A stretch of DNA of 64,000 nucleotides from Candidatus Latescibacterota bacterium (lineage in GTDB: Bacteria > Latescibacterota > UBA2968 > UBA8231): NCBI GenBank assembly GCA_965242865.1, contig CBDETK010000013.1, positions 1,216,001-1,280,000 of the forward strand. Direction: 5' to 3'. Both the position numbers and the translations under genes were made by a program. A model generated the notes under the pieces. That model worked only from the letters and a program-made list of their open reading frames with translations. It was not told the DNA's origin and ran no database searches. Shown in pieces: positions 38,149-48,875 of the stretch; position 1 is the stretch's first letter, and every line of letters starts with the position of its first letter.

Positions 38149-40067
38149 AACGGCTCATCGCCATCCTCGCCGGGCTGGGCACCGTCCACATCCTCGCCCG
38201 CACCGCCACCTACGGTGCCGCGGTCAACGCAGACACCACACTTCACCTCTCTACGGCCCTGAATTTCCTCGCCGGAGAGGGCTGGCAGGATTTCACGGGC
38301 GTACAGGCGGTGGAGTGGCCGCCCGGGTTCACCCTGCTGCTGGCGTTTGGCGGGCTTTTGGGCATTGAGCCGTGGGCGGCGGGTCGGCTGCTTAACGCCG
38401 CGGCCTTCGGGCTGACCATCCACGCCGCGGGCAACTATCTGCACTCGAATCTCCGGTCGCGGGGGCTGGCACTGGCCGCGTCCATGGCCATCGCGGCGTC
38501 CCTGCCGCTCACCTATTTCGCGTCCTACTGCATCACCGAGCCGCTCTTCGTCCTGTTCGCGCTCCTCGCCTTGATCCAACTGGCGACTTTCCTCCAGCGC
38601 GGCGAGCGGAGGCCCCTGCTATGGGCGGCGGTTTTCACTGCGCTGACCGCGCTGACCCGCTACCCGGGCGTGGTCCTGATCGGCACCGGCGTCCTCCTGC
38701 TGGTGCGACGCCCCCTGCCGCTGGCCGCCCGGCTGAAAGACGCCGTTGTATTTGGGGCCATCTCATCCTTGCCCCTCGCCGGTGTGCTGACGCACAACTG
38801 GGCGGTCTCCGGGACCTTGACCGGACGAAGAGATGGCTCGGGTCAGTCCCTAGCCGAGGGGTTGAGCCAAGTGGCCGAGGCATTCCGCGAGTGGGTCGTC
38901 CCCCCGAACGCGCCGGATGGGTTGGCGTATCTGCTGTGGCTGGCGGTCGGGTTAGTCGGGCTAGCCGGCGCGGTGGTCGTCCTGCGCCCCACCCGAAAGG
39001 GAGCGCCGCCGCCATCCTTTAGGTTGGAGCCGGCGCTCCCTTTCGGAGCGTTCGCCTTGATGTACCTCGTATTCATAATCGCCATCGTGCCCTTCACGGT
39101 GGGGTATGGCATCGACAGCCGCTACCTGCTGCCGGTGTACATGCCGCTGCTGTTGGTCGCGGTGTTCCTGCTCGATCGGTTCCTGTCCATCGAGACTACG
39201 GGCTGGATGGCTGCCGCCAAGTGGGGGCTGGCGTCCCTCGTCCTGCTAGGAGGCCTCGTCCACATCGGCTACTCGGCGCACGGGAACCTGACCATCACCG
39301 ACCAAGCCCGAGTAGCCGGGTTCGAGAACTGGACGTACAACGGGTCCTACTGGGAATCCTCCGAGACCCTGAAGTACATCCGAGATACCCGCATGGATGG
39401 CCGGATGTACAGCAACAACGCGTATCTTGCTTGGTTTGCAGACCGGACCGCGGCCCCGGGCAAGCACCAGCATCTCCCGGACGAGATTCACCGTTTGACG
39501 GCGGCCATACTGGAATGGAGCGCTGACGACAGCCCGTATATCGCATGGCTCCGGCGTGAAAAGTCTTTTTACGCCTACGACGAATTCGACCTCCGCTGCC
39601 TGCCCGGGGTGGAACCCGTGGCCGAACTGGACGATGGCGTCGTCTTCCGCGTAACGGCCGCCGAACCGTTCGATGCGGCAAGGCACCGCGCCCGCAAACA
39701 ACGCTACGTGCAGCAACTCGTCGAACAAGCCAGCGAGCGAGTAGGCCGCGCTGGCTGGGACGTGTACCGCACGGGACGCAAGCTGATTTACCGCAAACAG
39801 CCGTGCGCTTCCGCCGACGTGCAGGCCAAGCTCGTTTTGCACGTCATCCCCGTCGATCCGGCCGACTTGCCGACCGACCGCAAGCAGTACGGTTACGACA
39901 GCCTCGGCTTCTATTTCGACCAGCGCGAGAGCTTCTGGCTCGGCGACCAGTGCGTCGCGATCACCCAACTCCCCGCCTACCCCATCGGCCTCATCCGGGT
40001 CGGCCAGTGGATTTCTGTCGAGAACCGCACCCTCTGGGCAGCGGAGTTGTCCGGGGCCGAAGATTGA
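38145..40067 (+). CDS. GT-C glycosyltransferase paralog 3
   Basis: TTG start overlaps the previous TGA (TTGA). Same motifs. Confidence 0.75.
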   Translation: MKRLIAILAGLGTVHILARTATYGAAVNADTTLHLSTALNFLAGEGWQDFTGVQAVEWPPGFTLLLAFGGLLGIEPWAAGRLLNAAAFGLTIHAAGNYLHSNLRSRGLALAASMAIAASLPLTYFASYCITEPLFVLFALLALIQLATFLQRGERRPLLWAAVFTALTALTRYPGVVLIGTGVLLLVRRPLPLAARLKDAVVFGAISSLPLAGVLTHNWAVSGTLTGRRDGSGQSLAEGLSQVAEAFREWVVPPNAPDGLAYLLWLAVGLVGLAGAVVVLRPTRKGAPPPSFRLEPALPFGAFALMYLVFIIAIVPFTVGYGIDSRYLLPVYMPLLLVAVFLLDRFLSIETTGWMAAAKWGLASLVLLGGLVHIGYSAHGNLTITDQARVAGFENWTYNGSYWESSETLKYIRDTRMDGRMYSNNAYLAWFADRTAAPGKHQHLPDEIHRLTAAILEWSADDSPYIAWLRREKSFYAYDEFDLRCLPGVEPVAELDDGVVFRVTAAEPFDAARHRARKQRYVQQLVEQASERVGRAGWDVYRTGRKLIYRKQPCASADVQAKLVLHVIPVDPADLPTDRKQYGYDSLGFYFDQRESFWLGDQCVAITQLPAYPIGLIRVGQWISVENRTLWAAELSGAED

Positions 40068-42049
40068 AACGACTCGTCGCCATCCTCGCCGGGCTGGGCA
40101 CCGTCCACATCCTCGTCCGCACCGCCACCTACGGCCCGGCCGTCGGCACGGACTCCGTAATTCTCCTGTCTGCGGTCATGAGCTTCCTCGCCGGCGAGGG
40201 TTGGCGGGTTTTCACGGGCGGCGCGCTGGTGGGATGGCCGCCCTTGTTCCCCCTGCTGTTGGCGGCTGGGGGTTGGACCGGCCTCGATCTGCTGGCGGCC
40301 GGTCGGTGGATCAACGCCATCGCCTTCGGGCTGACCATCTTCGTCGCGGGGAACTATCTGCGCACCAATCTCCGGTCGCGGGGGTTGGTTCTCGTCGCCA
40401 CCGGGGCCATCGCGGCGTCCCTGCCCTTGAGCGATTTAGCGTCCAGCCTCCTGACCGAGCCGCTCTTCGTCCTGTTCGCACTCCTCGCCTTGATCCAGTT
40501 GGCGGCCTTCCTCCAGCGCGGCGGGCGGACGCCCCTGCTGTGGGGCGCGGTCTGCACCTCCTTAGCCGCGCTGACCCGCTGGCCGGGCGTGGTCCTGATC
40601 GGCACCGGCGTCCTGCTGCTGTTGCTGCGACGCACCCCACCGCTGGCCGCCCGCTTAAAACACGCCATCGTATATGGCACCGTCTCGTTCTTGCCCCTCG
40701 CGGTGGTGCTGACGCGCAACTTTATTCTCTACAATACCTGGACCGGGCGAGACGGCGGGGCGGGACAGTCCCTGTCCGAGGGGCTGAACCAAGTGGTGGC
40801 TGTATTCCGAGAGTGGGCGATTCCCCAAGACGCGCTGGACGGGTTTGACTATCTCCTGTGGAGGGCGACCGGGCTGAGCGCACCGGATGGGTTCGGTACT
40901 CTCCTGTGGGCGACGATTGGGTTGGTTGGGGTAGCGGCGGTTGGGGTGCTCGCTGTGGGCGGCGGGGAAAGGTCGTTGTCTTTCGGGTTGGGGCCGGTGC
41001 TCCCATTCGGGGGGTTCGCCCTAGCGTACCTCCTATTCATCGTCGCCATCGTACCCCTCACGGTTTATCAGCCGATCGACAGCCGCTACCTGCTGCCGGT
41101 GTACATGCCGCTGCTGTTGGGCGCGGTGTTCCTGCTCGATCGGTTCCTGTCCATTGAGGCGGCGGGATGGGTGGCCGTGGCCAAGTGGGGGCTGGCGTCC
41201 CTCGTCTTGCTGGGGGGCCTCGCCCACCTCGGCTTCTCGACGCAGAAGAATCTCCGTCTTACCGCCGAAGCCTATGGCTCTGGGTATCTGGACAGGACGT
41301 ACAACACCGCCTACTGGCAACATTCCGCGACCCTGCAGTACCTCAGGAATAACCGCATGGAGGGCAAAATTTATAGCAACAACTCGTCCCTCGTCTGGTT
41401 TGCGAATAGGACCATCGTCTATAAAAAGTATTGCAGGCTTCCCTATGAACTACGCGATGGCGATTGGACGCGGGAGCTGAGACAATGGTTCGAAGCGGGC
41501 GAAGACGTCCATATCGTCTGGATCAAAAACAGCTTTCGATCTGTTTATTTTGACTACGACGACCTCGACCTCCGCTTGCTGCCCGGCGTGGAGACGGTGG
41601 CCGAGTCGCCCGATGGCGTGGTCTTCCGCGCAACAGCGGCGATAACCGAGCCATTCAATGCGGACCAGCATCGCGCCCGCAAGCAACGCTACTTAAGGCA
41701 ACTCGTCGAACAGGCCGGCGAGCCGGTGGTGCGCGCCCGTTATGACGTGTACCGCAACGGACGCGAGCTGATTTACTTCAAACAGCCCTGTACCCCCGCG
41801 GACACGCAGGCCAAGTTCATTTTGCACGTCACCCCGGCCACCCCAAGCGTCCTGCCCAGCGCCCGCAAGCGGTATGGCTTTGACAACCTCGGCTTCCATT
41901 TCGACCGGCGCGGCGTGCAGGTCGGCGACCTGTGTATGGCGACCGCCCAACTCCCCGCCTATCCCATCGGCCGCATCCGGGTCGGCCAGTGGAGTTCCAG
42001 CGACAACCGCACCCTCTGGGACGCGGAGTTTTCCGGGATCGGGGATTGA
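40064..42049 (+). CDS. GT-C glycosyltransferase paralog 4
   Basis: TTGA-coupled start. Same motifs. Confidence 0.75.
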   Translation: MKRLVAILAGLGTVHILVRTATYGPAVGTDSVILLSAVMSFLAGEGWRVFTGGALVGWPPLFPLLLAAGGWTGLDLLAAGRWINAIAFGLTIFVAGNYLRTNLRSRGLVLVATGAIAASLPLSDLASSLLTEPLFVLFALLALIQLAAFLQRGGRTPLLWGAVCTSLAALTRWPGVVLIGTGVLLLLLRRTPPLAARLKHAIVYGTVSFLPLAVVLTRNFILYNTWTGRDGGAGQSLSEGLNQVVAVFREWAIPQDALDGFDYLLWRATGLSAPDGFGTLLWATIGLVGVAAVGVLAVGGGERSLSFGLGPVLPFGGFALAYLLFIVAIVPLTVYQPIDSRYLLPVYMPLLLGAVFLLDRFLSIEAAGWVAVAKWGLASLVLLGGLAHLGFSTQKNLRLTAEAYGSGYLDRTYNTAYWQHSATLQYLRNNRMEGKIYSNNSSLVWFANRTIVYKKYCRLPYELRDGDWTRELRQWFEAGEDVHIVWIKNSFRSVYFDYDDLDLRLLPGVETVAESPDGVVFRATAAITEPFNADQHRARKQRYLRQLVEQAGEPVVRARYDVYRNGRELIYFKQPCTPADTQAKFILHVTPATPSVLPSARKRYGFDNLGFHFDRRGVQVGDLCMATAQLPAYPIGRIRVGQWSSSDNRTLWDAEFSGIGD

Positions 42050-42075
42050 ATGTGTTTGCCGCCAAAGAAGGTTTT

Positions 42076-43761
42076 ATGAAAAACGTGCTGGCTTCGCCAC
42101 GGCTGCCGCTCGCGCTGCTGCTGCTCGCGCTATCGACGATGTTCCTGTTCGGCAACGACCGGGGCCACTTCTACCGGCCTGGGGCCCACGATTGGAATTC
42201 GTCAAGGGGGCTGGCGATCGCCGAAAACCTATCCTTCAAACACAACCTCCTGCTGTTCGACTTTCAAACCGTCGATGCAGAAGGCACGCCGCTCTACGTG
42301 CCATACGCCCGCTATCCGCTGGGCAGCTACGCGCTCATCAAGCTGGCCATCCTGCCCTTCGGACAGGACCTGTCGGCAAAAATCTACGCCGGCCGGATCC
42401 TGATGCTGCTGTTGTTTGCCGCGATGGTCGTCTTGGCGTACCACGCGCTGGCCCGGCTCACGGCCAATCGGTGGATCGGCCTGACCGCTACGCTCTTGGC
42501 CTTCTCCTCGCACTACTTCCTGTACTACAGCGACAAAATTTCCAATGGGGTGACGATGGGCCTTTTGGGGATCATGCTGACCTTCCACGGGATGGTCTTC
42601 TTCGTCTTGGAGGGCCGCTTCCGGCCGCTGCTGCTCAAGACGGGCGCGGCCCTGCTGCTGGGCTGGCATGTCTTCGCGCTGCTGCTCGCTTTCATCGTTG
42701 GCGGCTTGGTGAAGGAGAGCGTCCGGGCGCGGTCCGCGTTCGGTTGGCTTAATAGCTTGATTCGCAGCCGGTACGTGCGGCTCGGCGGCGTCGCGCTGCT
42801 TTTTGGCCTAGCGGTTCTGAGCTTCAACCTCGCCAACGAATACTTCATGCTGGACGACGGAAGGGCCCTGACGGAGGTGCCGACGCTCCTATCGCTGCAG
42901 AGTCGCATCGGCGCAAACGACGAGCACGACCCTTATTACGACGACTATCTGGCGTGGAAGCCTTTTTTACAAGAACAGTTCCACCGCATCGGCGTAATGT
43001 CCCTGCCCGCCGCGCTGCCGGGCTATGTGATCAATGTGATGGGCAACAGCCCGAATGCGGCACTGGAAAAATTGCAGGGTACTGCCATTGGAATTTTTGC
43101 GACCGGCGCGTGTTTGGTTGGTCTGGCCTTCGGCCCCCATAAGACCTTACTGGCACCCCTAGCCCTGTTCGGCTTTTGCTGGGCACTGCCGCTGCGCTAC
43201 TCCGTCTATGCCCATAGCCACGAGGGCCTGTTCTACATCGGCATCCCCCTCGTCCTGTTCTCGCTGGTCCTGCTATACCTGCGCAAGCTGGCCAAGGACG
43301 ACCGGCTCATCGCCTGCTTTGCGGCCGCGGCCGTGGGCATATTCGTTCTGTCCAGCTTCCGCACCAGTCTAATCGGCCACGACGCCAAAGCCGCCCAATT
43401 CCACGCAACCATGATTGCCGACTTTGAGGCTATCCGCGAAATAACGCGCGGGAAGGTCGTTTTTGTTCCCGCATCCTCCTCCGACGAGATGCAGCGGTTT
43501 GTCGGAGCGCGGTCGGCGTTGGATTACTACCTCGCCGGGAGTTTCATCCTATATAACGAACACCCGGGCCACGCCGACTTCGTTCTCAGCCGCGAACGCA
43601 AGGAGGGGCCGACACTGCTCACCCCAAACAACCGGCTGATGTTCCTATACGACGGGCCGTTTGCGTTTACGACAGCGAGTAGCCCCGATACTACATCGCT
43701 TCGGAGGCCGAGCCGTTCGGCTCCACCTGCCGATAGAACTTCTTCGCGCCCTTCTCAATAG
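42076..43761 (+). CDS. Distinct polytopic membrane protein, probable GT-C glycosyltransferase
   Basis: Multi-TM; HDWNS..LAIAENL and YARYPLG in the first loop. Not a close paralog. The 3' end overlaps the convergent gene. Confidence 0.6.
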   Translation: MKNVLASPRLPLALLLLALSTMFLFGNDRGHFYRPGAHDWNSSRGLAIAENLSFKHNLLLFDFQTVDAEGTPLYVPYARYPLGSYALIKLAILPFGQDLSAKIYAGRILMLLLFAAMVVLAYHALARLTANRWIGLTATLLAFSSHYFLYYSDKISNGVTMGLLGIMLTFHGMVFFVLEGRFRPLLLKTGAALLLGWHVFALLLAFIVGGLVKESVRARSAFGWLNSLIRSRYVRLGGVALLFGLAVLSFNLANEYFMLDDGRALTEVPTLLSLQSRIGANDEHDPYYDDYLAWKPFLQEQFHRIGVMSLPAALPGYVINVMGNSPNAALEKLQGTAIGIFATGACLVGLAFGPHKTLLAPLALFGFCWALPLRYSVYAHSHEGLFYIGIPLVLFSLVLLYLRKLAKDDRLIACFAAAAVGIFVLSSFRTSLIGHDAKAAQFHATMIADFEAIREITRGKVVFVPASSSDEMQRFVGARSALDYYLAGSFILYNEHPGHADFVLSRERKEGPTLLTPNNRLMFLYDGPFAFTTASSPDTTSLRRPSRSAPPADRTSSRPSQ

Positions 43762-44854
43762 TCATAATGACCGCACTTTTGGTGGGATGGCGGTTTTCGT
43801 CGTAGCGAGCAATGCGCGTGGCCCCCGCGTACTGTTCCGTCGCGACCAACTGCCGCCGCACCGCGTCTGGGTCGAGGCGGCCCGCGCGTGCGGCCGCTTC
43901 CAAGAACAAGCGCACCGCATCGTAACTCACCGCATCGCCGCCGGTGGGCACTATTCCGTACCGGGCTTGATATGCGTCGATGAACGCCCGCGCACTCGGC
44001 TCGTCCGTGTCGGGCGAAAAGTGGCTGCTAAAAAAGCTACCCTCAACCGCGGCGGCTTCGTTGTCTAACAGCGTCGGATTGTCCCAAGCATCGGCTCCGA
44101 GAAAAATCGTGAGGTCCCCGGCCGCGGTTTGCAGCGGCCAAGCCCGCGCCTGCTCGGTCACCCGCGCGACTTCGGGCGGCAGCCCCGACAGGAAGATCGC
44201 CTCGGGAGCCGCGCCCGCGATGCGGCTCAATTGCTCGGCAAAATCCGTCGCTCCCCTCTCGTAGAACTCGTCGGCCACGATCGCTCCCCCCAAGCCGCTA
44301 AAATGGGCGGTAAAAAATTCAGCGATCCCCTCGCTATAGACCTCTCCGCGCTGGGTCAAAACAGCGGCCGCCTGCACCCCGAGCGTCTCTTTGGCAAACT
44401 GCGCCACGACGCGCCCCTGAAACTGGTCGGTGAAAGCGGCCATAAAGACAAAATCGCCGGCCGAGGTCACGGCTGGATTGGTCGCGGCCGTGGCAATCAT
44501 GGGCACGCCGTGGCGCTGGGCTACGGCCCCCACCGCAATGGCGTGCGAGGAGCGGTTGGGGCCGATGACGGCGACGACTTCGTCGGTGGAGATCATGGCC
44601 TCAGCGGCCTGCACGGCAACCTCGGCTTCCTGTAGGTCAAACTGGACGACCAATTCGACGGACCGGCCCAACAGCCCTCCGCGCTCGTTGACTTCGTCCA
44701 CCGCAATGTTCGCTCCATTCGGATAGGTGATGCGGTCGCCCGAGACGAGGAACCCAATTTTAACGGGGGCCGCAGCCGGGGAAGACACAGAATCCTTCTC
44801 CGCGCAAGCGGCCAACGCGAGGGCCGCAGCACCGGCGATGTACAACCATTTCAT
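43691..44854 (-). CDS. ABC transporter substrate-binding lipoprotein (LivJ/LivK-like)
   Basis: LAAC lipobox; INERGGLLGR-like motif, AVIGP, DFVF, YDAV. Confidence 0.88.
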   Translation of the reverse strand: MKWLYIAGAAALALAACAEKDSVSSPAAAPVKIGFLVSGDRITYPNGANIAVDEVNERGGLLGRSVELVVQFDLQEAEVAVQAAEAMISTDEVVAVIGPNRSSHAIAVGAVAQRHGVPMIATAATNPAVTSAGDFVFMAAFTDQFQGRVVAQFAKETLGVQAAAVLTQRGEVYSEGIAEFFTAHFSGLGGAIVADEFYERGATDFAEQLSRIAGAAPEAIFLSGLPPEVARVTEQARAWPLQTAAGDLTIFLGADAWDNPTLLDNEAAAVEGSFFSSHFSPDTDEPSARAFIDAYQARYGIVPTGGDAVSYDAVRLFLEAAARAGRLDPDAVRRQLVATEQYAGATRIARYDENRHPTKSAVIMTIEKGAKKFYRQVEPNGSASEAM

Positions 44855-45032
44855 GGCATATTCTCTTCTAAGGAAGTGGATGGCTAAAGCCGGTATTCGC
44901 CGCGGGCATTCCTTGCGGCGCGGCGACCGACGACGAGGGCACTCGCAAAAACGACGCGAACGACCCGCTTGTCAATCGGACTTTGGCCCTTCTAACTATG
45001 CAAATATAACATGTTGCGTTACATTTACACGG

Positions 45033-46199
45033 ATGATAGCCCGCACCATCAAGCCGACCCTAAACCATCTGCTGGATAGCAACCCGGCGGTGGTCTTGAT
45101 CGGGCCGCGCCAAGTCGGCAAGACGACGCTCGCCCGGGAAATCGCCGACGAGCGCGATGCCCTCTACCTAGACCTAGAACGCCCCAGCGATCGGGCCAAG
45201 ATCGCCGACATCGAGCAATACTGCGCTGAAAACGCCAACCACTTGCTCATTCTCGACGAGGTACATCGCGCACCCGGCTTGTTCGCTCCGTTGCGCGGCG
45301 TCATAGACGAACACCGGCGGGCCGGCCGGCGGACGGGGCTGTTCCTGCTGCTCGGGTCGGCCTCCATCGATCTGCTACAACAGTCGAGCGAGACGCTGGC
45401 GGGCCGCGTCGCTTACTGCGAGTTGCATCCGGTCAATGCGCGCGAGGTGCCTGTGAGCGCGTTGCGCCAACTTTGGTGTAGAGGCGGTTTCCCGGAGAGC
45501 TACCTCGCCCCAAGCGACGCGGCGAGCCTCGACTGGCGGCTCTCCTTCATCCGCACGTATCTCGAGCGCGACATCCCCCAACTCGGGCCGCGCATTCCCG
45601 CCGAGACCTTGCGCCGGTTCTGGACCATGCTCGCCCACAATCAGGGGCAGACCCACAACGCGGCCGCTCTCGCCCGAGGCCTCGATGTCAGCGGCGTCAC
45701 CATCGCCCGCTATCTGGATTTGCTGGCCGACCTCCTGCTGGTCCGCCGCCTGCCGCCTTGGACCAGCAACGTGGGCAGGCGACTCGTCAAGGCCCCCAAG
45801 GTATATGTCAGAGATAGTGGGATTTGTCACGCGCTGCTCGGCATTGAGACGCTCGACGACCTGCTCGGGCATCCGGTCATCGGCGGCAGTTGGGAAGGCT
45901 ACGTCATCGAGAACATCGCCGGTGCCCTGCCGAGACGGGCGTCCTGCGGCTACTACCGCACGGCCGGCGGCGCGGAAGTTGATCTAGTGGTCCATCTCGG
46001 CGCGGGCGCAATCTGGGCCATCGAGATCAAGCACAGCTCGGCCCCCAAGGTCTCCAAGGGGTTCCACAGTGCCTGCGAAGACCTACGGCCCGACCAGAAG
46101 TTCGTCGTTCACGCTGGCAGCGAAAGTTTCCCACTGGCCAAGGACATCCGCGCCGTGACGCTGCCGGCCATCGTCCAACTCCTGAAGCAATCGCGTTGA
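45033..46199 (+). CDS. AAA_14 ATPase with DUF4143 domain
   Basis: GPRQVGKTT (Walker A), LILDEVH (Walker B), ETLAGR, GGFP, KAPKVY.RDSG, EVDL...IEIK. Confidence 0.9.
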   Translation: MIARTIKPTLNHLLDSNPAVVLIGPRQVGKTTLAREIADERDALYLDLERPSDRAKIADIEQYCAENANHLLILDEVHRAPGLFAPLRGVIDEHRRAGRRTGLFLLLGSASIDLLQQSSETLAGRVAYCELHPVNAREVPVSALRQLWCRGGFPESYLAPSDAASLDWRLSFIRTYLERDIPQLGPRIPAETLRRFWTMLAHNQGQTHNAAALARGLDVSGVTIARYLDLLADLLLVRRLPPWTSNVGRRLVKAPKVYVRDSGICHALLGIETLDDLLGHPVIGGSWEGYVIENIAGALPRRASCGYYRTAGGAEVDLVVHLGAGAIWAIEIKHSSAPKVSKGFHSACEDLRPDQKFVVHAGSESFPLAKDIRAVTLPAIVQLLKQSR

Positions 46200-46205
46200 C
46201 CCATG

Positions 46206-47105
46206 CTACTCGGCTTGGTCTAACAGGGGTCTAAAGGCTTCGAGGCTGGCCACCTGTATGGCCGCCCGATGCAACTGCTTGAGACGCTGCACATCGTCGA
46301 TGCCCCCAATGCGAGCGGCCAACGGATCCGACGCAGCCAGCCCAAAGCGAATCGCTAGTACCTCGAGCAGAGCTTCAATGGCGCGTTCTCGGCCGCCTCG
46401 CTCGATGCCCTGCTCGATGCCCTGCTCAATGCCCTTTTCCGTGAAATACTGCACTACCGACGACTCGTACATGGTCTCCTCCGCGATGATGGTCGTAATC
46501 GTGTCTAAGTTATACACCAACCCGCTCAATATCGCAAGATTGGCCAAGTAATTGGCCCGGCGGGATTCGGCCAGCGGCACCTGCTGTGCCCGGTTGACAC
46601 ACTGGCGCAACCACCCTTCGGCATCCATCCCTGCGGGCGGCTGCATCAACGGCGCAAACGGCAGCAAGCCCGAAGGCCCCTCCTCAAGTATGCGTTGGCC
46701 ATCGAGCTCAATCAGCCGACTCACCTTGTATTGCACCAACACCCGGTAGCCGGGTTGCTCTTGGAGATAATACCCCGGATCGTGCCGGCCGGCGTCCGGC
46801 CGCAAGTAGATGACGTTGGAGTAGATCGGGCACTTGTGCTGCTCAATGCCGCGTCCGATATAGCCGACCATGCGGAGAGGCATGGGCGGTTTGCTGTCGG
46901 TGGTTTGGAACTCGTGATGGACCAACGCCTCCACGCCATCGACATGGACGCGAATGAGGCTATCGGTGCGATGGGTTTCGACGGTGGTTTGCTCGGTCTC
47001 GACGCCGCCGCGGACTTGGATGTCGTCTTGTTGGAGGGCGAATCGGGCGAAGTCCGTTGGGTAGGTGTGGATGAGGTGTTTGGCGATGGTATCGAATTCA
47101 GCCAT
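46206..47105 (-). CDS. Rpn family recombination-promoting nuclease / putative transposase
   Basis: FDTIAK, RTDSL, HHEFQT (PD-(D/E)XK-like), GLLPFAPL and GIEQ repeats; ATG at 47105. Confidence 0.85.
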   Translation of the reverse strand: MAEFDTIAKHLIHTYPTDFARFALQQDDIQVRGGVETEQTTVETHRTDSLIRVHVDGVEALVHHEFQTTDSKPPMPLRMVGYIGRGIEQHKCPIYSNVIYLRPDAGRHDPGYYLQEQPGYRVLVQYKVSRLIELDGQRILEEGPSGLLPFAPLMQPPAGMDAEGWLRQCVNRAQQVPLAESRRANYLANLAILSGLVYNLDTITTIIAEETMYESSVVQYFTEKGIEQGIEQGIERGGRERAIEALLEVLAIRFGLAASDPLAARIGGIDDVQRLKQLHRAAIQVASLEAFRPLLDQAE

Positions 47106-47325
47106 GGGTTCTGCCTTGGTTGCGGGTGGGATGGGTGGTATCCGCAACTGGCAAAAATCGTGCCACGGCGTCGGCTCAGAGGGGCGGCTTGGGATCGGCG
47201 GCGTGGGTGTGTAGCGAAAAGGGTACAGGTGTGGGACGTTAGGGAAAAAGCGGCACACCGTCCGTTAGAAGCGGTCTGAAGACTCTGGTGGTCGTCCCCT
47301 GCGTCTAAACGCCAAACGATCCCGG

Positions 47326-47381
47326 CTGGATTCCCGCCCTGTGTCGGGGCACGGGGTGACGTTCTTTCGCGGGCAGGACGG
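47326..47381. repeat. REP-like palindromic element
   Basis: CTGGATTCCCGCC...TTCGCGGGCAGGACG resembles the widespread GTCATTCCCGC/GCGGGAATCCAG repeat family. Confidence 0.4.
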
Positions 47382-47434
47382 AGACCGGCTCTACGGCTTG
47401 TTCAACACGATCCAAGGGGGGTTCAGATAGCTTT

Positions 47435-47740
47435 TTAAGCGACGTATTTCTGGATGCCGACGACGAGGGCGATGCTCAGGGCCGAGATCAGCGCGACCCC
47501 GACGAGCGTGACGAGCAGAATTTTGCCCGTGAGGTAAATCCCCAAACCCATGAGGCAGGCCACCACTCCCACCCAGAAAATCATCAGCCCCACCCACTAA
47601 GCCAACCCGTCCTTGTCGGCGACCCGGTCCGGGTTGAGGCCGGAGATTAGGCCGATGCGTTTTTTAACCCCGATCAGATAGGCGATGACATAGAGCGGCA
47701 GAGCGGAGAGTAGCATGACGAGGAAGATGAGGGTGTTCAT
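47435..47740 (-). pseudogene. Small 3-TM membrane protein (DUF3784-like) with in-frame TAG
   Basis: MNTLIFLVMLLSALPLYVIAYLIGVKKRIGLISGLNPDRVADKDGLA*WVGLMIFW...IQKYVA*. TAG at 47597-47599. Confidence 0.65.
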
Positions 47741-47852
47741 TTGAGAATCCTCTTATATACGAGGTTAGAGAAGCTCACATGCCGTAGTCGTGGTTCGGTT
47801 CCTTATGAACCAAGCCGGTCCTGTTGGGCCAAACAAAAAACAGCGGACACGA

Positions 47853-48875
47853 CTAATTCCTAATGACGACCTGCCGATAGTAAATCGGGATACGGAACTC
47901 TTCGCGCAGGATATGAAGGTATTCTTCCGCGTCCCCATCAAGGGATGGTTCTCCGACAACAAAGAGTTTCGCAGGGCGCGGAGCACCGGGCCAAAAACCA
48001 TACTCTATAAGCTGACCGAGAGCTTGGCGGATACACGAACGTGCGGAACCGCCAAGCTTGATCTCATAGAATTCAAGATCGTCCCTACGCTGGGCAATCA
48101 AATCTACGCGACCGCCGACTCCGTCCGGGTGCTCCGATGCCACCTGATTTCCGACCTCGGAACGAAGCTCCTGCTCGAGAGCATCCTGTATCAGGCTATG
48201 TCGGAGGTTCACTTCGTTCTGGCCTGTTACTCGCGTTGCCTCTGTCCGGTATCGTCTTTTCGGTCTATCCGGTTGATATTTCGGTCTGAAGGTGAAGCCG
48301 GATTCGTCGTCGAGGATGGGAAAACTAGACGACTCGGACTCGACATATTTATAGAGGGGCAGTAACACGTCGAAATCGCGGAGGATAGTATCAGCGTCGA
48401 AGTTGTCAATCTGTTCGTATTTTCCGAGAAAGATAAAGACTCCCTCAGTATATAAACGCCGAGGAACGACTTCTGGAGAGCGATCATCGCTCCGGCTGTC
48501 TTCGTGCCAGTGCCACATCAGGAACTCACTCAGGTGGTCATCCCTATGTATTCGGATGAACTCGTTCAGATTGTCGATCTTGAGAGATAGTATCTCTACT
48601 GGGTTAGACATCGATCGACTCGCTTGCAATGAGATCGCAACACCCCAACGAAGGCTCTCCTCATCGCATTCAAAACCGACGTTGAACTGTAGTTCATCAC
48701 GCCCCCCGACATGATAGGCATAACCTCTATCGGGGAACGTAGCCTGCCGACCGAATGGCGTTCGACATGGCTTTCTCCGAAGCGAGCGGTGCTCTTTTCG
48801 GATATCTTGAAGCTTGCCAAATTCAAATCGGTCAGATTCATCGTTCAGTATCTGCACAATTTCTTCGATATCCAT
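47853..48875 (-). CDS. Hypothetical protein with C-terminal PD-(D/E)XK nuclease-like domain
   Basis: RVDLIAQRRDDLEFYEIK...IRQALGQLIEY. Visibly lower GC than the flanks. Start uncertain (48875 or 48920). Confidence 0.7.
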   Translation of the reverse strand: MDIEEIVQILNDESDRFEFGKLQDIRKEHRSLRRKPCRTPFGRQATFPDRGYAYHVGGRDELQFNVGFECDEESLRWGVAISLQASRSMSNPVEILSLKIDNLNEFIRIHRDDHLSEFLMWHWHEDSRSDDRSPEVVPRRLYTEGVFIFLGKYEQIDNFDADTILRDFDVLLPLYKYVESESSSFPILDDESGFTFRPKYQPDRPKRRYRTEATRVTGQNEVNLRHSLIQDALEQELRSEVGNQVASEHPDGVGGRVDLIAQRRDDLEFYEIKLGGSARSCIRQALGQLIEYGFWPGAPRPAKLFVVGEPSLDGDAEEYLHILREEFRIPIYYRQVVIRN

